Below are positions 19,986-27,655 of a stretch of DNA of 64,000 nucleotides, in pieces. The notes beneath the pieces are model-generated. The model did not search any database and was not told where the DNA came from. It worked only from the letters and a program-made list of their open reading frames with translations. The stretch lies in contig CAWAMW010000002.1 of assembly GCA_963783305.1 (NCBI GenBank), positions 480,001 to 544,000 of the forward strand. Direction: 5' to 3'. Every line of letters starts with the position of its first letter. Positions within the stretch are counted from its first letter, which is position 1. The DNA is from an uncultured Gemmatimonadales bacterium (GTDB taxonomy: Bacteria; Gemmatimonadota; Gemmatimonadetes; Longimicrobiales; RSA9). The translations under genes were made by a program, and so were the position numbers.

Positions 19986-20303
19986 GGGGCCTGTATCGAG
20001 GGGATCAATGATCCGCATCGAGATGAAGTTCGCATCCTATCCCTCGTATTGCGACATCACGCCGCCGAACCGGAGCGCCGGGGAGGGCGCATGCCAGGCA
20101 TCGCGCCTCGACCACCGCGCAATTTTCTGCACAGCCCGCACGTTCTTGCGCGCAATCGGGCGCCTGTGCCGGACGGTTTTATGGTCCGTAAATATGTATG
20201 TGGCAACAGTTTACGGTGACACCGCACGAAGGGTCCCGACCTTGCCCGTGGCTGGGGTGCGAGACCTGGATCGGCCGGGTCGAACCACGAACATGGAGGG
20301 TTG

Positions 20304-21032
20304 ATGTCCGGAGGAGCAACGCTGCTTCTGGCGGTGGCGCTGGCCCAGGTCCCGGCGGGCGGTGCAGTGCCGGCCGGGATGGTGGATACGATCCCGACGC
20401 TGGCCGTTCGCCCGGAGCCACGGGTACGGTTCGACGCGGCGCTGGTGCCGCGGGGAGCGGTGGTGATCGAAGCGGGGTCGCAGCCGGCGTCTGCGGTGGA
20501 CGCGGAGTCGTGGGAGTCGTGGGATTTGGGTCGTGGGAACGGGTCGATCCCATCCCGGGTGGAGCCACTGGTGGCGGATACGCCGACGTCGCCGCCGCCG
20601 CTGATCGAGTACACGGACGCGTACTACAAGCGTCTCCAGATCCACAAGTGGGCGAGCTGGGCGATTCTGCCGGTGTTCGCGCTGCAATACGTGTCGGGTC
20701 AGAAGCTGGCGGACGAGGCGCCGGCGCCGGGTTGGGCGCGGGACGTCCACGGCCCCGCGGCGGCGGGAGTGGCGGCGCTGTTCGGGGTGAACACGGTCAC
20801 GGGTGTGTGGAACATGTGGGACGCGCGCCAGGACCCTTACGGTCGGAAGTGGAGGACGGCGCACAGCGTCCTGATGCTGCTGGCGGACGCGGGCTTCGTA
20901 GCGACGGGGATGCTGGCGGAGGACGCGGGGGAGGAAGGGGAAGTCGGGGCCCACCGAACCGTGGCGTTGACGTCGATGGGTGTCGCGCTGGCGAGTTGGG
21001 TGATGATGCTGCCGCCGTTGAGAAGGGACTGA
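20304..21032 (+). CDS. Membrane protein with four His-bearing TM helices, possible cytochrome b561-like
   Basis: IHKWAS, DVHGPA, TAHSVL and GAHRTV each start a hydrophobic helix. Confidence 0.6.
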   Translation: MSGGATLLLAVALAQVPAGGAVPAGMVDTIPTLAVRPEPRVRFDAALVPRGAVVIEAGSQPASAVDAESWESWDLGRGNGSIPSRVEPLVADTPTSPPPLIEYTDAYYKRLQIHKWASWAILPVFALQYVSGQKLADEAPAPGWARDVHGPAAAGVAALFGVNTVTGVWNMWDARQDPYGRKWRTAHSVLMLLADAGFVATGMLAEDAGEEGEVGAHRTVALTSMGVALASWVMMLPPLRRD

Positions 21033-21033
21033 C

Positions 21034-21774
21034 ATGGGCACGACACTGCTGGAACCACTGGCCAACGCGGCGCAGCCGTGGGCGGATCTGTATGGCGACT
21101 CGACGCTCCTCCAGACGGGCATCCTGTTCGTGCACTTCGCCGGTCTCCTCGTGGCGGGCGGGTTCGCGGTGGCGTCGGACCGACTGGCGCTGCGGGTGGG
21201 ACTGGAGGACGGGCCGGGGCGGGAGACGGTGCTGCGGGAGCTCCACGCGGTGCACCGACCGGTCCTGATCGGGCTCGTTGTGGTGACGCTCACAGGGATC
21301 GCCATGGCGCTGGCCGACGCGCGCTACCTCCTTACCTCCCTGGTCTTCTGGCTGAAAATGGGAGCGTTCGGCGCGCTGCTGGTGAACGGGCTGTTCATGA
21401 TGCGGGCGGAGCGGCGGCTCCGGGGTGCGGCGAAAAAAGAGCGGGCCGAGCGGCTGGCCGCGCCTCTGGCGTCGTGGCCCCCGCTGCGTGTGGCCCGGGG
21501 CGGGGCCGCCGCGGGTCCTGACTTCTTCCTGGCGCCGGACTCGGTGCGGCCGCCCCTCGGACTGGTCCAACCGGACGGGCCGGCGGCGCCGGCACCCGGA
21601 GGCTGGGCGGGAATGGCGGTCCGAAGGGCCGGCCGGACGGAAGAAGGATACGTGGTGGACCGGCGAGCGTCGACGGATCGTTCCCCGTGGCGGAGCCTGC
21701 GTCTGGCGGCGCTCCGGAGCATGGGATTGTGGCTGCTGACGCTCCTGCTTGGCACCGCGCTGACGGCGATTTGA
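21034..21774 (+). CDS. DUF6644/CopD-like membrane protein with a long low-complexity loop
   Basis: FVHFAGL, TLTG..M, VFWLKM, N, and terminal SMGLWLLTLLLG. Confidence 0.6.
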   Translation: MGTTLLEPLANAAQPWADLYGDSTLLQTGILFVHFAGLLVAGGFAVASDRLALRVGLEDGPGRETVLRELHAVHRPVLIGLVVVTLTGIAMALADARYLLTSLVFWLKMGAFGALLVNGLFMMRAERRLRGAAKKERAERLAAPLASWPPLRVARGGAAAGPDFFLAPDSVRPPLGLVQPDGPAAPAPGGWAGMAVRRAGRTEEGYVVDRRASTDRSPWRSLRLAALRSMGLWLLTLLLGTALTAI

Positions 21775-21784
21775 GGGAGGAAGC

Positions 21785-22405
21785 ATGAAGAAGTTCGAGG
21801 ATGTGGGACCGGGTGGCCGTCGGAGCGAGCCGGGCGACGGGGAAACGGACGGGGCTGCGGAGGGAAGTGCGTGCTCGGGCTGTGGCGTCTGCGAGGACCC
21901 GCCGGGGTCGCGGCGCGAGTTCCTCCGGCAGGGAGCGCTGGCGCTTGCGCTGCTGGCGGGCACGCGACTGCCGCTGGTCGCCTCGGCATCGGGCATCCGG
22001 TTCGGCGCCGGTGGCGGCCGGGGCGGCGGTGTGACGTACGACGTCCCGGGGGAGGACGGAGCCACGATCGACCGGAGGAACCAGGTGATCCTGGTCCGGT
22101 GGGAGGGGAAGGTCTACGCGTTCGGGCTGTCGTGCCCGCATCAGCGGACGGTGCTGCGATGGGAGGAGGATGACGGTCGGTTCCAGTGCCCCAAGCATCA
22201 CTCGAAATACGCCGCGGACGGCCGCTACCTCGAGGGCCGTGCCACGCGGAGCATGGACCGGTATGCACTGCGGCTGGATGCGGGGCGGGTAATCGTGGAC
22301 ACGGGGCGTCTCTACCACGAGGATGATGACCCGGCGGAGTGGGAGGCCGCCGTCGTCGTCCTCGCGGGCGGAGCGCCGGCGACAGGAGATGGCCATGGGG
22401 TGTGA
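21785..22405 (+). CDS. Tat-exported Rieske [2Fe-2S] protein
   Basis: SRREFL; CPHQ...FQCPKHHS. Confidence 0.9.
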   Translation: MKKFEDVGPGGRRSEPGDGETDGAAEGSACSGCGVCEDPPGSRREFLRQGALALALLAGTRLPLVASASGIRFGAGGGRGGGVTYDVPGEDGATIDRRNQVILVRWEGKVYAFGLSCPHQRTVLRWEEDDGRFQCPKHHSKYAADGRYLEGRATRSMDRYALRLDAGRVIVDTGRLYHEDDDPAEWEAAVVVLAGGAPATGDGHGV

Positions 22406-22841
22406 GGGATGCGGCATGAGTCGACGCGGGTTCGTGGAGCGCGCCACCCTGGTAGCGGTGGCGGCGGTGCTGACGGGGTGCGACCTGTCCAGCCCGACGG
22501 GGGTGGGCGTCCCGACGGGGGGCCCGTACCAGGTCCGGCTGTCCGACTATCCGGCGCTGGCGGACATCGGCGGGGTAGCCCGGGTCCAGCTGGACGACGG
22601 GTCGGTGGTGGGCGTGGGCCGAACGGGGGTGAGCTCCTTCGAGGCGTACGGCCTCGCCTGCACGCACGAGGGCACCCAGGTCAGGGTCCAGGGCGACGGC
22701 TGGCACTGCCCGAGCCACGGGGCCGAATTCGACACCGCGGGCGGCGTCACCCGCGGGCCCGCCAACCGGGCGCTGGTGTCGGTGCCTTGTACGTACGACG
22801 CGGCGACCGGCACGCTGACGGTGAACGGCGACCCGGCGTAG
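22395..22841 (+). CDS. Tat-exported Rieske [2Fe-2S] lipoprotein
   Basis: SRRGFV, lipobox LTGC; CTHEG...CPSHGAEF. Confidence 0.9.
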   Translation: MGCEGCGMSRRGFVERATLVAVAAVLTGCDLSSPTGVGVPTGGPYQVRLSDYPALADIGGVARVQLDDGSVVGVGRTGVSSFEAYGLACTHEGTQVRVQGDGWHCPSHGAEFDTAGGVTRGPANRALVSVPCTYDAATGTLTVNGDPA

Positions 22842-22875
22842 GCCGCCGGTCGCCGGTCAGGTGCGGAAGCGCGCG

Positions 22876-24246
22876 TCAGTCGTCCTGGCGCATCCCGAGG
22901 CGGTCCAGCTTGTACCAGAGGGTGCGGACCGAGATGTCCAGGAGCTCCGCCGCCCGGGTCTTGTTGTCGTCGGTGGCGGCGAGGGCGGCCCGGATCGCCT
23001 GGCGCTCGGCGCGGGCGATGGCGTCCTCCAGCGGCTCTACGGCGGGCGCCGCCGCCGCCCCGCCCCGCGGCACGCCTGTCTCCGCGGCGGAGAGGGAGGT
23101 CAGGGCGGTGGTGGTGAGGAGGCCGTCCCGTGCGAGGATCACGGCGCGCTCGAGGACATTGTTGAGCTCGCGGACGTTCCCGGGCCAGGCGTAGGCCTCG
23201 AGGCGGCGAACGGCGTCGTCGGCGAGGCGGAGCTGGCGGCCGGCGCGGCTGGCGAAGCGCTCGACGGCCTGGATGGCCAGGGGGGCGATGTCCTGGGGCC
23301 GGTCCCGGAGCGGCGGGACGTGGAGGGGGAAGACGTTGAGGCGGTAGAAGAGGTCGGCTCGAAAGGAGCGGTCCTCGACCATGGCCGGGAGGTCGCGGTG
23401 GGTGGCGGCGATGACCCGCACGTCCACGCGGCGGAGCACGTTGGACCCGAGGCGCTCGACGGCGCTCTCCTGGAGGACGCGGAGCAGCTTGGCCTGCATG
23501 GCGGCGGGCATGTCCCCGATCTCATCGAGGAAGAGGGTGCCGCCATCGGCGAGCTCGAACTTCCCCGGCCGGTCCTCGGTTGCGCCGGTGAAGGCGCCGC
23601 GGGTGACGCCGAAGAGCTCGGCCTCCAGGAGCTCCCCGGGGATCGCCGCACAGTTGAGGGCCACGAAGAGGGAGTCGCCGCGGTCGGAGCGGGCGTGGAT
23701 GGCCCGCGCCACCAGCTCCTTGCCGACGCCCGTCTCGCCCGTGATCAGGACAGTGCTGGGAACGGGCGCGACCCGCTCGATGGCGTCGACGACCTCGCGC
23801 ATCCCGGGGCTCGCAGCGACCATTCCCTCGAAGTCCGGCGCGGCCACCTCCCTGAGGTATGCGATCTCGCGCTCGGCACGGTGCACGTCGAGGCCACGGC
23901 GGACCAGCGTCTCGATCTCGTCCACGGAGAACGGCTTCACCACGTAGTCGAACGCGCCCAGCTTCATGGCCTCCACGGCCGTTTCCACCGTGCCGAACGC
24001 GGTCATGAGGATGACCGGGAGGTCGTCGCGTTCGGCGGCGATCTCTTTCAGCAGGTCGATCCCGGTCCCGTCGGGGAGCTGGAGGTCGGCGAGCACGAGC
24101 CGCACCCGCTCCTCTTCTATCTTGGACCGGGCCCCGGCCAGGTCTTCCGCCAGATGGACGGTGAACCCGGCGTCGGTCAGGGCCATCTCCAGCACCCGGC
24201 GGATGCGGGGCTCGTCGTCCACCACCAGGATCGGCGATTCCGTCAT
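22876..24246 (-). CDS. Sigma54-dependent NtrC-family response regulator
   Basis: REC domain (ILVVDD), GETGVGKE, GAFTGA, LFLDEIG, WPGNVREL, Fis-type HTH. Confidence 0.95.
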   Translation of the reverse strand: MTESPILVVDDEPRIRRVLEMALTDAGFTVHLAEDLAGARSKIEEERVRLVLADLQLPDGTGIDLLKEIAAERDDLPVILMTAFGTVETAVEAMKLGAFDYVVKPFSVDEIETLVRRGLDVHRAEREIAYLREVAAPDFEGMVAASPGMREVVDAIERVAPVPSTVLITGETGVGKELVARAIHARSDRGDSLFVALNCAAIPGELLEAELFGVTRGAFTGATEDRPGKFELADGGTLFLDEIGDMPAAMQAKLLRVLQESAVERLGSNVLRRVDVRVIAATHRDLPAMVEDRSFRADLFYRLNVFPLHVPPLRDRPQDIAPLAIQAVERFASRAGRQLRLADDAVRRLEAYAWPGNVRELNNVLERAVILARDGLLTTTALTSLSAAETGVPRGGAAAAPAVEPLEDAIARAERQAIRAALAATDDNKTRAAELLDISVRTLWYKLDRLGMRQDD

Positions 24247-25910
24247 GCGCTCTCCCCTTCCGCGGCCGGGAGCGAGACGCGCACCCGCGTCCCCTCCCCC
24301 AGCGTGGATTCGATGGTCGCCTCGCCTCCGTGGGCCCGGGCGATCCGGCGGACCAGCGGCAGGCCAAGCCCGGTCCCGCCGCGACGCGTTGTGACGAACG
24401 GCGTCCACACCTCCTCGCGGCGTTCGGGGTCGATCCCGGGCCCATCGTCCCTGACCTCGAGCACGGCGGTGCCGTTGGCGACCGCCGTCCGCAGCTCGAC
24501 GGTCCCCGCGTGCGCTGCCTCCATGGCATTCGTCGCGAGGTTGAGGGCGACCTGGTACAGCTGCTCCTCGTCCCCGCGGACCGGCGCAGGGTCGAGCACG
24601 GTCCGGAGCGTTATGCTCTCCTCCGCAGCGCGACCGGCCAGCGCGGTGGCGGCGCGGGCGGCCACGGCGGCCAGGTCGGCGGGGCCCATCTCGGGCGGAC
24701 GGGGCCGGGCGAAGACCAGCAGATCGCTGACCAGCCGCTCCAGTCGCATGATCTCCTCCTCCACGAACGAGACCAGCTCGATGCCGCGCTCGTCCTCGCC
24801 CACTCGCTTGCGGAGCATGTCGGCCGAGCCGCGAAGCACGGCCAGCGGGGTGCGGATCTCGTGGGCCAGCACGGCGGCCATGGCGCCCATGGCCGCCAGG
24901 CTCTCCTGGTGTGCCAGCGCCACCCGCGATGCCTCCAGCCGCCGGACCATGGTGGCGAGGGCGCCGGCCAGCACGCGGACCTCGCGGGGCGCGCCCTCGG
25001 GAGCCCGGAAGTCGGGCGCCTCGTCGCCTCCCGCCTCCACCTGCCGCGCGCTCGCCGTGAGCCGGCGGAGGGCGGCCGTGTTGGAGCGGGCTACCAGAAG
25101 CCCGGCCGGGACGGTGACGGCGAGGAGAACCAGGGCGAGGAGGGCGAACTGGCGGCGGGTGGCCCGGAGAGGGCGGAGCGCCTCGTCCAGCGGCGCGGCG
25201 AGGGCGAGGCGGACGGTATCGTCGCCAATCGGCACCGCGATGGGCGGCGACCGGAGCCGCCGGCGGTCCGGACCCGGGGCGGTGTCGGGGAGGAGCTCGA
25301 GGGCGGCCATGTGCTCGCCCGCGGCTTCACGGAGGAGTGGCTGCCATGGGGAGAGGAGCGTGATCCGGCCGAGGGGTCGGGCGTCGGCCCGGGAGGTGAC
25401 CGGCGCGTGGACCGCCACGACCCGCCCGAGCTCCGGGTCCTCGGCCAGGTGGAGGGAGGCGTCGCCATGGGCGGGCACGGGGAGCCGGGCCCACGCCCGG
25501 TCGGCCACGGACCGCCCGATCCAGCTGACGTCGGACGCGGCAATGACCTGGCCCGCGGGGTCAATCCCCAGCGCGATGGCGTCGCCACGGAAGCTGTCGG
25601 CGAGGCGGACGAGAGCGGAGGCGAGGCGCTTGTCGACGTCGTCGACGGCGAGATCCTGTGCCGCCTCGAGCTCGGGCCATGCGGAGACCAGGCGGCGGCG
25701 GAGCGCGATTCCGCGCTCGAGACGATCGGCCACGAGACGATCCCGGGCCTCGAGCTCGGCGGTGACGCGGCGGACGAGCTCCCGCCGACCGCGCACGTAC
25801 TCCACGCCGCCCACTACCGCGGTGGTGAGCACCACGAACGCGACCAGCGCGAAGCCCAGTCGGGCTCCGAGCGTGTCGAGCCTGCGATTCGCGGTCGGCG
25901 TCGAACCCAT
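24243..25910 (-). CDS. Membrane sensor histidine kinase (periplasmic domain, HAMP, HisKA, HATPase)
   Basis: AHEIRTPL, NLATNA, DDGPG, GTGLGL; 4-bp overlap with the response regulator. Confidence 0.93.
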   Translation of the reverse strand: MGSTPTANRRLDTLGARLGFALVAFVVLTTAVVGGVEYVRGRRELVRRVTAELEARDRLVADRLERGIALRRRLVSAWPELEAAQDLAVDDVDKRLASALVRLADSFRGDAIALGIDPAGQVIAASDVSWIGRSVADRAWARLPVPAHGDASLHLAEDPELGRVVAVHAPVTSRADARPLGRITLLSPWQPLLREAAGEHMAALELLPDTAPGPDRRRLRSPPIAVPIGDDTVRLALAAPLDEALRPLRATRRQFALLALVLLAVTVPAGLLVARSNTAALRRLTASARQVEAGGDEAPDFRAPEGAPREVRVLAGALATMVRRLEASRVALAHQESLAAMGAMAAVLAHEIRTPLAVLRGSADMLRKRVGEDERGIELVSFVEEEIMRLERLVSDLLVFARPRPPEMGPADLAAVAARAATALAGRAAEESITLRTVLDPAPVRGDEEQLYQVALNLATNAMEAAHAGTVELRTAVANGTAVLEVRDDGPGIDPERREEVWTPFVTTRRGGTGLGLPLVRRIARAHGGEATIESTLGEGTRVRVSLPAAEGESA

Positions 25911-25944
25911 GATATCCTTCCCGCTCAACGAGGCACCCAGTTCG

Positions 25945-27072
25945 ATGACGATGAACCCGATCCCGATGCGGTCCCGATTCCTGCGCGGCCTGGCCGCCGG
26001 CGCGCTCCTGGCGCTTCTTGCCGGCCCGGCGGCGGCGCAGCTGCCATCGCCGCCCGTGAGCAGCGCCGAGCGGCTGCACATCGGCGGCTACGGTGGCGCC
26101 GTCTTCGGGCACGACACCGCTCCCGGCGTCGGCACCGAGACCGGCATCAGCGAGGCAAACGCGGCGCTGCTCTTCTCCGGGACGCTGGTGCGGAGGTTAA
26201 GCTATTTCGGGGAGCTGGAGGCGGCCAGTACGACCCGACAGAACTGGACCGGGAACGACGAGGACGACGCCCTCGTCCTGGAGCGGCTCTACATCGAGTA
26301 CGCGTTCGGCGACGCACTGCGGCTGCGCGCGGGGCGCTTCCTCACCCCCGTAGGCCAGTGGAACGAGATCCACGCGGAGCCGCTGACATGGACGGCCCGG
26401 CGCCCCCTCACCACCTACCGGCCGTTCGCCAAGAGCATGACCGGAATCATGGCCGCGGGCCAGATCGTCGTCGCCGGGCACGACGCCGGCTACGCCGCCT
26501 ACGCCTCCGTCCCCCGCGGACTCGTGCGGGACGACGAGGAGAGCCACTTCCTGCACGCGTTCGGCACCCGGGGGGCCCTCGAGATCATACCCGGGCTCTA
26601 CCTCGGCGCGAGCGCCGTGGCGTTTCGCGCGTCCCGCCCCGTCGGGCCCGATGACGACGGGGAGTCGGAAGTGGACGAGGCCGAGGCCGGCGAGAGCGCC
26701 GAGCACGAGGCGTGGGAGGAGGATTCCGGGGACCGGTTCCTCGGCGGCCTGGACCTGTCCTGGCGCTTCGCCGGCGCCGAGCTCCTCGCCGAGGCGACGG
26801 CCCTGTCGGGCACCGACGCGACCCCTGCCGAGCGCGGCGCGTTCCTGCAGCTCGCGGTGCCGCTGCTCCGATCCGGACGAGTCCGCCTTCACGCTGTGGG
26901 CCGCAGCGAGTACTACGACCCCGTGGTCGACCGGCCCCTTGCGGTCCACACCCTCGGCCTGGCACTCCGGCCCACACGACACCTGACGGTAAAGGTGGAA
27001 CGCCAGCTCACCGACCGCCCCTCCTACCGCGTCCGGGACGGATGGTACGTCTCGCTGTCGGGGATTTTCTGA
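25945..27072 (+). CDS. Outer-membrane beta-barrel (porin-like) protein
   Basis: Signal peptide, LERLYIEY...LRAGRFLTPVGQWN, amphipathic strands, C-terminal Phe; start uncertain (25945-25966). Confidence 0.75.
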   Translation: MTMNPIPMRSRFLRGLAAGALLALLAGPAAAQLPSPPVSSAERLHIGGYGGAVFGHDTAPGVGTETGISEANAALLFSGTLVRRLSYFGELEAASTTRQNWTGNDEDDALVLERLYIEYAFGDALRLRAGRFLTPVGQWNEIHAEPLTWTARRPLTTYRPFAKSMTGIMAAGQIVVAGHDAGYAAYASVPRGLVRDDEESHFLHAFGTRGALEIIPGLYLGASAVAFRASRPVGPDDDGESEVDEAEAGESAEHEAWEEDSGDRFLGGLDLSWRFAGAELLAEATALSGTDATPAERGAFLQLAVPLLRSGRVRLHAVGRSEYYDPVVDRPLAVHTLGLALRPTRHLTVKVERQLTDRPSYRVRDGWYVSLSGIF

Positions 27073-27554
27073 GGCCGGAGTGGGCCGTACGGGCCCCGAT
27101 CCTCGCTCTCGTGCTGGCGCTTGCGGGGGCCGCACCGGTGCGCGCGCAGGCTGCGCCCAGTGCCCCCGTACCGCCACGGATCCTGGTCATCGCGAATCCC
27201 GATGTCCCACTGGATTCCGCCGGGATGACCGCGGCTGATGTGCGCCGAATCTTCCTCCTCCGGCGCCGGTTCTGGAGCGACGGCCGCCGGGCGGCTCCGG
27301 TGAACCTCCCGGCGACGAGCGCGCTCCGGGATCGCTTCTCCCGGGAGTTCCTGGGTCAGCCGCCCCTGGAGCTCGCCGACTACTGGAACGACCTCTATTT
27401 CCACGGCGTCGAGCCTCCGCCGGTGATGGAGTCCGAGCGGGCGGTGCAGCTGTACGTGGCCCGGACCCCCGGCGCCATCGGGTACATCGGGGCGACCGCG
27501 GTGGACCCCACGGTCCCGGTACGGGTGGTACCGATCCGCGGCGGTCCCGGATGA
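27042..27554 (+). CDS. Small PstS-like periplasmic binding protein
   Basis: VIANP...VRRIFL....WSDG...PVNLP....R..F...VARTPGAIGYI; follows the porin. Confidence 0.7.
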   Translation: MVRLAVGDFLRPEWAVRAPILALVLALAGAAPVRAQAAPSAPVPPRILVIANPDVPLDSAGMTAADVRRIFLLRRRFWSDGRRAAPVNLPATSALRDRFSREFLGQPPLELADYWNDLYFHGVEPPPVMESERAVQLYVARTPGAIGYIGATAVDPTVPVRVVPIRGGPG

Positions 27555-27655
27555 GGGCCCGGGGGTGCGGGATTTGCGGCTCGCGCCAGTAGACCGGCGG
27601 AGCCCGAGGTCGCAACGCGGCGTCACCCGCGCAGAATGCTGAACCGCGCGGTACA

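Noticed and set aside
22861..25940. 1403-aa ORF 22861..27072 as one giant protein
   Set aside because: The first ~1030 codons are antisense to the clear HK and RR genes; only the last ~375 aa (porin) look real
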